From: a virus
DNA: 64,000 bases
IMG/VR virus record: IMGVR_UViG_3300024261_000005
Direction: 5' to 3' (one strand)
Shown here: one piece after another, positions 18,978 to 29,754 of the stretch
How positions within the stretch are numbered: the stretch's first letter is position 1
How the letters are laid out: every line of letters starts with the position of its first letter
Program-made: the position numbers and the translations under genes
The notes under the pieces: model-generated
What the model saw: the letters and a program-made list of their open reading frames with translations, nothing else
The model's database searches: none
What the model was told of the DNA's origin: nothing

Positions 18978-19191
18978 GTAAATCCTCTAGTATCGAAACT
19001 CTTTTTTCCAATGAACTTACAGTCTCATTGAGCACTGCAATTTCAGTAGTAAGCACAGTGATGATTTGTTGAACCTGATTAGTTGACGCCAAATTATTTT
19101 GAGCGGTGAATATATCTCTGATTCGCTCTTCAAGATTGGTTATTCTTCTTAATGTTCGCTGATCAAACTCAACATTAATATCAATAGCCAT
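18964..19191 (-). CDS. Small coiled-coil protein
   Basis: The likely start MAIDINV at 19191 has a GGAGG SD and a TAATG overlap with the upstream gene. Confidence 0.7.
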   Translation of the reverse strand: MAIDINVEFDQRTLRRITNLEERIRDIFTAQNNLASTNQVQQIITVLTTEIAVLNETVSSLEKRVSILEDLPSVD

Positions 19192-19532
19192 TACTGTCCT
19201 CCGTTCTGGAAGAAGGCGGCTATTAAACTTACAACTCCCCCACCCGCCGCTCCCCAAGTCAATTTTTCAGCTACACTAACCTTCACTTGAGTTAACTCGT
19301 CTTTATGCTTCGCTTCGCTTTTCTTTAAGTCGCGAACTTCAGACTCAAGCTTCTCAAGCTTTGTCTTCATCGACACCTGCTCTAACTCACTACGATTAAT
19401 CTTTTCTATTAATGTGTCAAGTCGATCTATCACTTTGGATATTTCCCGTTCGAAGTTCTTCTCAAGCTCGTTTAACCTAAACGCTATTATCTCAACATTA
19501 GGGAGATTCTCTTGTTCTTTTAAAATAGCCAT
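19191..19532 (-). CDS. Coiled-coil protein with C-terminal TM helix (XhlA/holin-like)
   Basis: Heptad region followed by LTWGAAGGGVVSLIAAFF; near the end of the late operon. Confidence 0.55.
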   Translation of the reverse strand: MAILKEQENLPNVEIIAFRLNELEKNFEREISKVIDRLDTLIEKINRSELEQVSMKTKLEKLESEVRDLKKSEAKHKDELTQVKVSVAEKLTWGAAGGGVVSLIAAFFQNGGQ

Positions 19533-19585
19533 GTGATAAAGTCCTCTGTGAGTGTTTGTTTTATTGTATCAGTTACCAACATCAC

Positions 19586-22483
19586 TTATCCATAGTATGG
19601 CGCTACAATAACAGTAAAGCTTCTAAACGCCCCAAAGGAATCATAGCTACTTGGCGTGTCGGTCTCTATGAGCAATTCAGTTTTTACCGCCCACGTCCCT
19701 GTATGGTCGTTGCTCTGTAAAGAAAAGGAAGAATTACTTACTACAGGGACGTTAATGGACTGAAAAACAACGCTAGATGATTTAGTGTATTTGTACTCAG
19801 TTCCGCCTGGCGCTACTATGGTAATTTTATAATCATAACCCATTGCAATATTTGATTCTTTGAAAAAATTAAACTCCAGAAGAAAATCGTCGGGGTAATC
19901 TAGATAGATTCCTGAACTTGGGTTTATGGAAAAATACCCTATTGTTTCCGTTGAGCTCGTAATTGCATCTCCAGATGGCTTGTCGGAGTAGTAATTATCT
20001 TTTGTGTTGAAAATTATCGTCCCCCCTACTTTTCCAATGCCATCAGAGCCTGGAGTCCCTGCAGTCCCAGCGATCCCTGTGGGCCCTGGTGGGCCAGCCA
20101 CGCTCGATCCCTGCGGCCCTGGTGGGCCAGCCACGCTCGATCCCTGCGGCCCTTCAGGGCCCTGTGAACCTGTCGGACCAATATCACCTTGAGGTCCTGC
20201 GGGACCAATATCACCTTGTAAACCATAAATTGCTGACCAACCAGTAATGTTTTCATTAAAGCTTTCTGCTTGCAGAGCTTCTTGAGCTTCATACTTGAAG
20301 GAAGGTAGTTGGATTTTTATAGTAGGCAAATGCAAGTGAGTTGATTCTAGCATTCCTCTTTTCTCGTTAAGGTGCAATCCTGCAGCTGTGAGCAAAGCCT
20401 CAGTAAGTATTGCTTGCGCAAGTGCTCCTACTCCCATGTGAATAGGTAGGTAGGTGTTTGCAACCGCTAAGTTGGAGCCCAAAAGTGCTCTGCAAATTTC
20501 GTTCGCAACATTCCCTAAGCTAGCGCTTCTTGGTGAGTCATCTTTTGTGATAAATCCGACAGGGTTATTTAAAATCTTGTTCTTCAAGCCTACTAAAAGC
20601 TCTGAAGAGCTAGATAGACTTGTCACAATGGCTTCACTCATATCATAAAGTGTAACGTCTTGAAGAGCTGCCATCGCAATAGGAGCACTAATCGCAAATC
20701 TTCCATTTGGGTCTATGATTTCAGACATAGACTTCTTCATATAAGTATCACTCACGCATATGCCATAAGGATATTTTATACCGTTTGCTCGAAGAATTGG
20801 CTCTGGACAAATGTATATATTATCACCCACATTATATGGTCCCAGAATCATACATCTAGTATAACCACTATGTTGGACCTCATTGCCTATGCCGCTACTC
20901 ACACGAAACATTATTGCAGAGATGTGTTCTTGGTTGATGTTTCCAGTTAAATCATTGTTAACATCACTCTCAAAAATACTGCTCTCAGCATTGGTTGTCT
21001 CAGGAAGATATGATACATCACTTCTAGAGACTCCAAGCAAGTAATTCGGCTTGTATTCTAACTTCTTTATAGGTGTTCCGTTTACATTTTCTTCGTATAT
21101 TGAAGAGCATGCAGTTATTGCAAGCGGGTGATTCTCTTCTGGCGAAAGCATTTCGTTTTCAAGCACAGTCTTAGACGCACTTGGGTTTGTATTAAAAATA
21201 GTATCTACTATTGAAGTATCAAAGTTACTGTACACAGCATTTAGTGTGGGGTCTGTTATTAGATTAGGTGTGTTTTGCAAATTCCCGCTATATATAATAG
21301 TGGGAAATGTAGGATCTGTCTTTTCCTTTAGAGAAAGTCGGAAACTATCTACAAATACGAAGGGAATCGGTTTCAATCCACCTTCTACTTTTTCAGTTAA
21401 TTCGGGACTCGTTAAAGTATTGTTTACAATCGCTGGAGATGCTTTAGACCATAGCTCAGGCACGAATGATACAGCATTTAAATTAGATATGTTTCCTGCC
21501 AAACCACTATACCAGACATCATTTCCACCAAACTGCAACATAGCTCCAGGCCTATATCTGTTGGCTCCACTTTTGAAAAGATCAAAAATATCTTCAGATG
21601 TTGCACCACTGAACCCTCCAGTAACCCCAGTAGCGCTCCTCCAGGCATTGATAACACCATCCATGTCGTGGACATCAACCAAAGTTGATGTACCCCCTAA
21701 AAGCCCACCCAGCCTTTGCTGACTATCGCTTACAGGACCAGGAGACCACCTATTTTCTTCTTCATTCCATAGCAACGCATCGCCACTTACTGGAGGTGAG
21801 CTTTCCGTGTCTACGTCCGAGAGGTCGTTTAGCTCTATGTTCCATTCTAGATCAGGATAAGACTCTGTAGTATTATCCAGCCCAACTAAATCTTGATCAT
21901 CATGACCTACAGTCAGCTGCGTCAGAACCTCATAGACATGCTTAGAGACGGGCCACTTTTGTTTTACATATCCCTCTGCGCAGTCTAAAGGAAACGCATC
22001 ACCGAAACTATCTATCTTTAACCTATCAAGCATTTCATTTAAGCAAGTCAACTCGCTGTATATTGGTGCTAGATCTGCCGGATTCTCCCTTGACTCAATG
22101 ATACGGTCATTGAGACTTTCCCATAAGTATTGTAGTGATTCTTTAACCGTGCAAGGTCTTCCATCGACATCTGGATTCTCAGATGCAAACCAAAATACAG
22201 GCGAATTAAACTTATTGTTACCTAGTGCTTCTGGCCAGGTTTTGATTGTCATCCCAGACAGCCCATCTACAACAGCATCATAAGGGAATGTGGGTCGTGA
22301 ACAAAGCTCAAAGTAGCTTTGTACAATCACGTTATTCAAGTAAGCACCTACACTAGACAGGTCAGCTGCAACTCTTCGACTGTTTAAAGCAAAACTTTCT
22401 TTCAACTCAATGTTACTTATTTCAGTTGAGCTGATTTCTATTCTTTTATTTAAGTTATTTAAATAATTTGTTATGCCTGGCAT
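19586..22483 (-). CDS. Tail fibre-like virion protein with short collagen segment
   Basis: LNDLSDVD...GDALLWN...W fibre motif; Gly-X-Y stretch near the C-terminus followed by a beta-rich tip. Confidence 0.7.
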   Translation of the reverse strand: MPGITNYLNNLNKRIEISSTEISNIELKESFALNSRRVAADLSSVGAYLNNVIVQSYFELCSRPTFPYDAVVDGLSGMTIKTWPEALGNNKFNSPVFWFASENPDVDGRPCTVKESLQYLWESLNDRIIESRENPADLAPIYSELTCLNEMLDRLKIDSFGDAFPLDCAEGYVKQKWPVSKHVYEVLTQLTVGHDDQDLVGLDNTTESYPDLEWNIELNDLSDVDTESSPPVSGDALLWNEEENRWSPGPVSDSQQRLGGLLGGTSTLVDVHDMDGVINAWRSATGVTGGFSGATSEDIFDLFKSGANRYRPGAMLQFGGNDVWYSGLAGNISNLNAVSFVPELWSKASPAIVNNTLTSPELTEKVEGGLKPIPFVFVDSFRLSLKEKTDPTFPTIIYSGNLQNTPNLITDPTLNAVYSNFDTSIVDTIFNTNPSASKTVLENEMLSPEENHPLAITACSSIYEENVNGTPIKKLEYKPNYLLGVSRSDVSYLPETTNAESSIFESDVNNDLTGNINQEHISAIMFRVSSGIGNEVQHSGYTRCMILGPYNVGDNIYICPEPILRANGIKYPYGICVSDTYMKKSMSEIIDPNGRFAISAPIAMAALQDVTLYDMSEAIVTSLSSSSELLVGLKNKILNNPVGFITKDDSPRSASLGNVANEICRALLGSNLAVANTYLPIHMGVGALAQAILTEALLTAAGLHLNEKRGMLESTHLHLPTIKIQLPSFKYEAQEALQAESFNENITGWSAIYGLQGDIGPAGPQGDIGPTGSQGPEGPQGSSVAGPPGPQGSSVAGPPGPTGIAGTAGTPGSDGIGKVGGTIIFNTKDNYYSDKPSGDAITSSTETIGYFSINPSSGIYLDYPDDFLLEFNFFKESNIAMGYDYKITIVAPGGTEYKYTKSSSVVFQSINVPVVSNSSFSLQSNDHTGTWAVKTELLIETDTPSSYDSFGAFRSFTVIVAPYYG
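20082..20147 (-). repeat. Exact 33-bp tandem duplication (GPQGSSVAGPP x2)
   Basis: GGCCCTGGTGGGCCAGCCACGCTCGATCCCTGC occurs at 20082-20114 and 20115-20147. Confidence 0.95.
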
Positions 22484-24543
22484 TAGATTACCCTCACTTG
22501 TATTTGATCTATTTTCGGAGTCACAGTTGCATCCAGAGATTTAAGTACAGCTTTTACATAAAGCTCGTTGTTGCCCGATTGGACGCTAGTTCTTTTTTTA
22601 CATTTTATATCATACTTTTCATTTTTTGCTTCACCTGTTTCAGTCTTTACATTCAACATTATGAAAATTGCACTTACTTCATCCCCCTGAGCATTTTCGA
22701 ATATACTTTTTATAAAAGTAAAAGTCTCCAAAGAACTATCAAGCAGGAACTTCTGATTTGACACTTCTCCCAAGTTAAAGCTGAAGATTTTATCTGCACC
22801 CTTATAGTGCTTACTCCCCCTATAAGAAGTGTTGTACTCGAAGCCTTCAATAATATATTTGTGATTGTAGGGGTAGAGCACATCGATTTCTCTCAACTGA
22901 CTCTCATGCGCAATGCTTTGCTCGGTGATTAGGTTCAGATCAAACCAGTTCTCTTCACTTGTCCTGAACTTGTGGATCCCATAAGGAACAAAATGTTTCC
23001 CACTCAATAGCTTGCCGTTGATGAAACAAGAACGCTCTCCAAAATCAAAGTACCGTCCTTCTGGTTCTGCCACTTCGAATTGGGTGTAGAAGTAGTTGTT
23101 ACTACTCTTCCACCAACCTTCTTTAGCATCATAAGTTATTTGATTTCCCTTTAGACATACATTCCTTTTAATCTTTAAAGACTTCTTTACAATGTTTTTA
23201 AAGTCTTCTTCAAGTATGTAGAAGTTTAATAACTTTTGATGCGGAGCCAAATCAATTTTAATATTGTCATAGTTTTCAATCAAGGCGTTGAAGCTTGTAG
23301 TTACTCGATTGGTTTCGTAAGGAGTGAAATATCCCGTGCCATCAAATGGCTCATCACTCTCTTCAAATTGAATTACTTGCTTTCCACTACCGATATAATC
23401 TGTTTTGAACCAGTTGATTTTATCTTTCGATAGGTAAAAGTCTACTGATGTTTTGCCTGGAACGATACAGCAAGTGCCACCCTTAATGGTGGCCATTGAG
23501 AAGTTCACTTCTTCGTTGTTTTCGTCTAACACCTTGTAGGGTCCCAATGACAGCACCGACTCTTCGTTTATCTTGAACCGCTTGGTGGTTCCTCCAATAA
23601 AATCTAAGGCGTATATGTATACAAAATGATTGCCATCTTTATAATCATAGCCGTCTTTAGAAAATGTCAGTCGTATACTTTTAACGCCATCTTTGTTTAC
23701 TTCAACAAAGTTCTCGTTATTAGCTACGGTAAGCGCACTTTCAAAGCACTCTTGGTAACTGGCTTCATCTAGGCTATAGTAGCACCTGTATACTATCTTT
23801 GAATTGCTTTCTACCGCCTGGGTGGTGAACTTTAGAGTGTCTATGTGCTTCGCTTGACTGAAGTCCAAATCAACGTGAAAGTCTACAGTCTCATTAGGTC
23901 TGTCACAAAAAACCAGAACTTTAAAAAAGTCGCCATCTTCTTTCAATGCAGAACTTATATTGTTCAAGTTCCGCTGAGTTAAACTTCTACCACTCCTTGA
24001 GGCAACTCTATATGATAGCTCTCTTGAATCGAACCCCTCTCCTGCAACCTTAGAGAAGCCTAAAGTTACCTTTCCATTAAACATATAGATGTTACTTTCA
24101 TCGAAGTTTATCATGCTATAGTCTTGGAAGGATTCAACGATTCCGTGCGTATAGATGTCATCTTTAGAATGTAAGAGTAGATTTTTATTTATCGCTCTTT
24201 CGATACCTTTTATTTCGTTGAGTGATTCTGTAAACTTGTTGTTGTAAATTCGAAATGTTGATTCACTTGTTTCGTCTAGAGTTTTCAGCGTTTTAATTAG
24301 TGACTTTTGCTCACCTAAACATCTCGACAAGCTTTCATTGAAGTTCTCAGCGGATGCTTCTTTATTTACTTGTTGATCAAAATGAAATTTCGTTCCAGCA
24401 GCCAAACCTAAGGTTTTGTATTTTGGATTTACCAGTAAGAACTCATTATACGAATGATGCATCTCACTAACGGTAGGAGCTCTTTTTTTTGTTTTAATGA
24501 ATTCTTTTATTAGAATTTCTTTTATTAAAGATTCTTTACTCAT
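22483..24543 (-). CDS. Virion structural protein (baseplate-associated)
   Basis: 686 aa; N-terminal coiled coil then beta-sandwich-like sequence; lies in the baseplate operon. Confidence 0.6.
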   Translation of the reverse strand: MSKESLIKEILIKEFIKTKKRAPTVSEMHHSYNEFLLVNPKYKTLGLAAGTKFHFDQQVNKEASAENFNESLSRCLGEQKSLIKTLKTLDETSESTFRIYNNKFTESLNEIKGIERAINKNLLLHSKDDIYTHGIVESFQDYSMINFDESNIYMFNGKVTLGFSKVAGEGFDSRELSYRVASRSGRSLTQRNLNNISSALKEDGDFFKVLVFCDRPNETVDFHVDLDFSQAKHIDTLKFTTQAVESNSKIVYRCYYSLDEASYQECFESALTVANNENFVEVNKDGVKSIRLTFSKDGYDYKDGNHFVYIYALDFIGGTTKRFKINEESVLSLGPYKVLDENNEEVNFSMATIKGGTCCIVPGKTSVDFYLSKDKINWFKTDYIGSGKQVIQFEESDEPFDGTGYFTPYETNRVTTSFNALIENYDNIKIDLAPHQKLLNFYILEEDFKNIVKKSLKIKRNVCLKGNQITYDAKEGWWKSSNNYFYTQFEVAEPEGRYFDFGERSCFINGKLLSGKHFVPYGIHKFRTSEENWFDLNLITEQSIAHESQLREIDVLYPYNHKYIIEGFEYNTSYRGSKHYKGADKIFSFNLGEVSNQKFLLDSSLETFTFIKSIFENAQGDEVSAIFIMLNVKTETGEAKNEKYDIKCKKRTSVQSGNNELYVKAVLKSLDATVTPKIDQIQVRVI

Positions 24544-24544
24544 A

Positions 24545-27391
24545 TTAGTTCATCCCTACTTTTAGCCTATAGACTATTGGACTATAATAACTCTCAAGGC
24601 CTTCTAGGTTGAATTCCTTTTCGTTCTCATTCCAAAGAAACCTAATGTCATTGTTCTGTTCAATAAATTCCTCCGTATACACTTTCACTATTCCCGAATC
24701 CTTATCAAACGAGTAATTCTTTATGTCGTTGTATATGTTGTAAGATATTTCTATATCACCATATTTAAAGCTTAACATGCTAGGTACAGTAGTAACTTCA
24801 CTGAAGTAAATGATTCCACTTTTATAATCTACAGAATACTTTTTAAATGTATCCGGCTCTTCTTTTAGATAAAAGTACTCCAAGTAGTACCCCTCGGCAT
24901 GACCGTTAGTATCGTCACCTTTCGACAATGTATATATTATAGATGAGTCTCCATCAGCAGTAAGTCGACTAGCATCTTCTTTTTTTCCATCCTGATACAC
25001 AATCATACTATCAGCATAAGAGTCCTCAAGGTAGGGTATCTGGCTCAAAGTAAACTTAACATTGTTACCAGTAACAGACCATTCCATTCGAGGAATATAG
25101 TCTTTTTTCATCTTCCCGATTTGTAAAAACTCACTGTAACCATCTATGAAATCAACTTCCTTATATGGAGCGTCTCCCCATGGGTTTGTATTGAATATTA
25201 TACTGCCCTCTACTATGTCCGTTGCGGACAGTTCTTGTCTGTTGTCATGCGTAAAGATTTCTTTCTGAGCGTCATTAAAAGATACAGCTTCTGGATATAA
25301 ATAAACTCCTTTTATTCCCCTGTCTTTACCCCAGATTTCAAATTCATCTTCAGTTAACTGCTTCTTCTTCTCAATCTTATAGTTAACTCTCAGTTGTTTT
25401 GTTTTTGTTTCCTCCTTAAAGCTTATTATACCCGCCTCACTAGACTTTAAAGTATGAATTTCGTAGCAGTCGGGGTCTTGGTTTGATGAATTCAATTCAC
25501 AAGCATCAGCCCATCTGTCTGCTTGTTCATACTCCACATCAACGATCTCAACGTTCTCATGCGGTAAGAAAAACAATTCCGTTCCTCTTGGAACTAATTG
25601 TGTAAAGATTTCAGAAGAGCTTACAGTCGTTTTGACTTTAATTAGTCGCTTGTCGTATTCGAACGGTTCCGGTATCTCCACATAGTAACCCTCTTGCTTG
25701 AGAATGACTTTTCCATCAAAAGGAATTAATAACATTTTAACTTTAACAGTTTTAGTTTGGTCTAAAAATACTTCAATATAATTTTCATCATAATTCAAAT
25801 ATACATTTGATTCAGAATCAGTTGCTAATTCTATAATGTCTGCTTGCTTGTTGTTTAAATATATCTTAATTTGATCAGCGCCAATCCTTAAACTTTTCAA
25901 GGATATTGGCACATACAACCGGTTGACTCCCAAGTTGCTCACTCTACCGATAGTCAGGGCTTTCTCCTTGAGATCGTCCCTTGCTAGAACCCTGCTCTGA
26001 ACAACCCTTAATTCACTCTCTGAAGCATCATAATTCAAAGGGTAACTAATGGGGCTTACCTTCTTATTAACGGTCTGTAGAGATGAATTCGTTCTTACAA
26101 AATATTCCTCCCCAGAATAATTCTCAAGTTTAGATACTACAGTTTCGTTTCGTTTTAAATTATAAATATAATTAAGAAAGTTTTGCCTACCGTCCAGGAT
26201 GAAATCCTTTGTCTTGTTCTCATTGAATACCAAGCTATTCCTTTTGGCTCCATTATCGACAGAGATGCTTAACTCTTCATTGTAAGAGCTATTCCTTCTA
26301 GGGAACGTTTTGGTTTCACCACTTAATAGAAACAAGTTCTCTGGAGTGACAATTTGACTTGAACCAAATTGCCCCTCAGCTTCATATTGAATGCTGTAAA
26401 ACTCTACGCTCTTCAAACCCAATACAAAGATCTTCCGACCGTTTTTAACGGTGGTGTATTCGTTTGACTCTAGGTAAAGCGTTACCGAATCAGCTTCTAC
26501 AGGTAAGTGGTTTATTACTAATTCGCCATTCTTAGACGTAGCATTTATCTCTAAGCTTTGCTCTTGAATATCGCATAGCTTCTTTATGGAGCGATGTTTA
26601 TTCTTGTTGAAGACGACGTCGTTTATTTTGAAGGAGGAAGAAGCGGAAGCAAAGGCCTTCTTAATCCTTATCTGATTCACTATGGTCGAAGCGCTAAGCC
26701 TAAGATTTAATATCAATTTTACAGGGCCTGCATCTAGCTTGAAGAATTCGAAGAAAGTATTATCATTCCCGTCTATAGTGGAATAAATTAGTTTATTCGA
26801 ACCGCTCAAGTAATTCCCTGGGATTCCTCTGCTCTCATTCGAGATGACAATCTTATTTACTTTGATCTTATTGCTGCTTCTGATTGGCAGTGTTACACAG
26901 TTGGATTCCAAATCAACATTCAATTCCGTTTTAGTAAGCAGCTCATTGCTAATGCTATACAGGTTATAAAAGTCTTCCTTTATTACAAACTTATACCCTT
27001 CACTAAATCCGCTTAGACTATTAAGCTTTTGTCTTAGCTCGCTAACCTTGCCAGCAATCTCTATCTTTTTAGACTCGATATTATTAATTCTATTTTTAAT
27101 ATTTCCTTTTATCTGGCTTTCAAAAAGCATACATTTTTTATGTAAAAAAGATAAAGACTCTTGTATCGATGAGAATTGCTTTTCATTAACTTGACTGAAC
27201 ACTCCAGGGAGCTTTATTTGACTTAACAAGTTCTCTTCCAACAATGCAGGAGAGATCAGTTCTGATTCAATTAAGCTCTGCTCCCTTAATGTGCGTGCGC
27301 TTAAGTACTCGGCTTTCTTGTCGCTCAGAAGTTCTTTGAACAGAAGTATATCTAAATTATTTGAGTTCTTGATTAACTGATTAAACGACAT
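24545..27391 (-). CDS. Virion structural protein (baseplate-associated)
   Basis: 948 aa; coiled coil, discoidin/F5-8-like segment (IDGNDNTFFE), YSVDYKSGIIYF motif. Confidence 0.6.
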   Translation of the reverse strand: MSFNQLIKNSNNLDILLFKELLSDKKAEYLSARTLREQSLIESELISPALLEENLLSQIKLPGVFSQVNEKQFSSIQESLSFLHKKCMLFESQIKGNIKNRINNIESKKIEIAGKVSELRQKLNSLSGFSEGYKFVIKEDFYNLYSISNELLTKTELNVDLESNCVTLPIRSSNKIKVNKIVISNESRGIPGNYLSGSNKLIYSTIDGNDNTFFEFFKLDAGPVKLILNLRLSASTIVNQIRIKKAFASASSSFKINDVVFNKNKHRSIKKLCDIQEQSLEINATSKNGELVINHLPVEADSVTLYLESNEYTTVKNGRKIFVLGLKSVEFYSIQYEAEGQFGSSQIVTPENLFLLSGETKTFPRRNSSYNEELSISVDNGAKRNSLVFNENKTKDFILDGRQNFLNYIYNLKRNETVVSKLENYSGEEYFVRTNSSLQTVNKKVSPISYPLNYDASESELRVVQSRVLARDDLKEKALTIGRVSNLGVNRLYVPISLKSLRIGADQIKIYLNNKQADIIELATDSESNVYLNYDENYIEVFLDQTKTVKVKMLLIPFDGKVILKQEGYYVEIPEPFEYDKRLIKVKTTVSSSEIFTQLVPRGTELFFLPHENVEIVDVEYEQADRWADACELNSSNQDPDCYEIHTLKSSEAGIISFKEETKTKQLRVNYKIEKKKQLTEDEFEIWGKDRGIKGVYLYPEAVSFNDAQKEIFTHDNRQELSATDIVEGSIIFNTNPWGDAPYKEVDFIDGYSEFLQIGKMKKDYIPRMEWSVTGNNVKFTLSQIPYLEDSYADSMIVYQDGKKEDASRLTADGDSSIIYTLSKGDDTNGHAEGYYLEYFYLKEEPDTFKKYSVDYKSGIIYFSEVTTVPSMLSFKYGDIEISYNIYNDIKNYSFDKDSGIVKVYTEEFIEQNNDIRFLWNENEKEFNLEGLESYYSPIVYRLKVGMN

Positions 27392-29309
27392 CAGAAGTAC
27401 CTCGCTTTTCCATCTCTAAGAAAGTTTCGTACTCAATGTATGAATCCTCGTCACTATCGATTTCCTCTATTAAAACTTTATAAGTTTTAATTTTACTGCT
27501 TTGATTAACTTTTGACTGGTTTCTCAAAACAAAACTAGGCCTAACGAACCCCACGCTGCCTTGGAATTTTCTACCAAAAACCAACTCTCCACTTTGTATC
27601 ACTAAGCTATCTCCATAACCACAATATATTTTATCATTCAGTATATACTCTACTGTATATACACAGTTCGATAATTCTGGAACTAACAATTTAATTAAGA
27701 AATTATATATTTTTGGTTTACCAATCTTTCTTGTGTCGATCCGCCGGGGAGCATTCTCTTCGTTAAAGTAAGATCCACCGTCTAACGACACGCAAAAATC
27801 ACGAGTACTACTTAGGGTTGTTTTTGTGCCGTCAACAAGGTTTATCTTATTCACTTTAATTATATCGTCAGTTTCAAAATAAAAGCCAGATGCTGGATTT
27901 AAAATCTTTGGAAAAAGATTTACTTTGCTTATTCCATTTTGAAACCGAAGCAATTCAACCTCCTCATGGGAGGAATTCGGTAACGGAATCTTTACGTTTA
28001 CTCTCTTCGTATTATTAAAGTTCTTTGACTTCTTTTTATGCGCAGCAAAAGACTCCTCTCCGTAGAGAACGATATGCGCATACTTTTCAATAAAACAATT
28101 TTCGCTTTCGAAGAATATCTCTTGTTCTATATTCAAACTCAACGGCTTATTAAGCGTTACAGGCTCTGCCTCTCTATAAAATCCAAGATGTGAGTTGCAT
28201 TCCCTGCTGCATTCCAAATGTAGTATCGATAGATCGTACACCCTTTTTATTTCGCTAAAGGCTTCTTTGTTTGAAGCCGAGAGATACGATCGGCTAACTA
28301 AGTCTTTTAGTATTCTACTTCCAATGTCTTCATCAAAGACCTGGTTCGTATCATGGTATTTGTTCTGTACTAAATTGATTTTAATTTTATTAGTTCTAAC
28401 AGTATTGAAAAAGATCTTACTTCTGTTTTGATCTTTTAAAATAGAGATCGTATCTTCGTCAATCAGCTCCCATGCTTTCGTATCCTTATCATAATAAGAC
28501 AGCTGATTCTTATTAAAGATAACAGGCAGCGAACTTCCAAACTCTATGTAAATTGAGTTAAGATCTTCATACCCGTCAAAGTTCACTACAAACTCTATTC
28601 CCACTTTTTTATGTGGAAGCTTCTGTAAATCTTCTAGCGATTGCACTGCGCCTACAATGTAGTGCCAAAACTTATCTTTTCTATAAATTAAGCTTGAGTC
28701 CTTTGTGATCTCTATGGCCTTTAAGCTGTCTGAGAAAAAAGAATTTTCTTGAAGCAACTCTATTGAAACTATATCTAGGCTTGATCTATTGATCTTCTTG
28801 GTTTCAATATAACCTTCTTTGAATTGGCATTGCTCTTCTTTTCGAAACCTTAAGTCTCTCTTAACGTCAACTAGGTCGTAAATTTCCTCAAAGTCTTTCT
28901 CTTGAAAAATGTCGTAGACTTTCACTTTAGTGTATTTACTGTTAAGTCTCAGGTCAGTCTCTGTAATTAAGGATTTTATTTTAGATAGATCTTTATTTAA
29001 AACCTTAAAGTACTCTCGACTTTTCAAGTAAAAAGCATCTTCAATCCGTTTGATGGAGTTGATGTTTTTATTTATGTAATACATATAAAAGTTTAGATTA
29101 CGTAGATTAGTATCGATTAGCTGCGCATCTAGAAGGTTTCCTCGCTTTCTAAAAGAAAAGTTTAGCTTCTTAAAATTGAATCTCCTAGAAAGTAAAAAAG
29201 ACTCCGCCTCTTTTGAGCCGGAATCTTTTCCTGTGCCTTTTAGGGCTACTCGATATCTTGAAGCTTCTAGCTTGTTGGAATCAAAATTAAATATTTGGCC
29301 CTGAATCAT
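27381..29309 (-). CDS. Virion structural protein (baseplate-associated)
   Basis: 642 aa with the same coiled-coil plus jelly-roll-like layout as the two downstream genes. Confidence 0.6.
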   Translation of the reverse strand: MIQGQIFNFDSNKLEASRYRVALKGTGKDSGSKEAESFLLSRRFNFKKLNFSFRKRGNLLDAQLIDTNLRNLNFYMYYINKNINSIKRIEDAFYLKSREYFKVLNKDLSKIKSLITETDLRLNSKYTKVKVYDIFQEKDFEEIYDLVDVKRDLRFRKEEQCQFKEGYIETKKINRSSLDIVSIELLQENSFFSDSLKAIEITKDSSLIYRKDKFWHYIVGAVQSLEDLQKLPHKKVGIEFVVNFDGYEDLNSIYIEFGSSLPVIFNKNQLSYYDKDTKAWELIDEDTISILKDQNRSKIFFNTVRTNKIKINLVQNKYHDTNQVFDEDIGSRILKDLVSRSYLSASNKEAFSEIKRVYDLSILHLECSRECNSHLGFYREAEPVTLNKPLSLNIEQEIFFESENCFIEKYAHIVLYGEESFAAHKKKSKNFNNTKRVNVKIPLPNSSHEEVELLRFQNGISKVNLFPKILNPASGFYFETDDIIKVNKINLVDGTKTTLSSTRDFCVSLDGGSYFNEENAPRRIDTRKIGKPKIYNFLIKLLVPELSNCVYTVEYILNDKIYCGYGDSLVIQSGELVFGRKFQGSVGFVRPSFVLRNQSKVNQSSKIKTYKVLIEEIDSDEDSYIEYETFLEMEKRGTSDVV

Positions 29310-29754
29310 AAACTTCTATCCCTACGTATAGTCGGCGCACATCATCGTCAACTTTTGGGGTGAATCCTAAAACTACAGTAATGCTTGCGTCGGTCTCAAT
29401 AGGGTCTAATGGTATCCCATTGCGATAATTCGATCCACTGTTAAAGGAGAAATATTTCTTTGTACCTGCTTGATTTAAATACAATCCTGCAGTTGGGTCA
29501 TCATTCTCATCCAATGTAGACCCCCATAATAGCAAGTCGCCATAGTCTGTATGTGGAGGTCTTTTTGAAGGATAATCCAGGCTACCCAAAGAGCTGCTGG
29601 GCTGTAAGAATATTTTAGGTGCATTAGCATCTTCAGAAGCATTATTGAAAACTTTAATTTCTATTTCTGATCCTACACCCAAAGCTGAATTTAAAGAGGC
29701 GAAATCGCTACCACTCAAAGTGTTCCCCTGGTTATTTAAAAAGATAAAACTCAT
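29287..29754 (-). CDS. Small virion structural protein
   Basis: 155-aa beta-rich ORF overlapping both neighbours. Confidence 0.6.
   Translation of the reverse strand: MSFIFLNNQGNTLSGSDFASLNSALGVGSEIEIKVFNNASEDANAPKIFLQPSSSLGSLDYPSKRPPHTDYGDLLLWGSTLDENDDPTAGLYLNQAGTKKYFSFNSGSNYRNGIPLDPIETDASITVVLGFTPKVDDDVRRLYVGIEVYDSGPNI

Noticed and set aside
19192-19257. N-terminal extension (MGSGGWG...) of ORF 18964..19257
   Set aside because: It overlaps the upstream gene; the ATG at 19191 has a GGAGG SD and stop-start coupling.
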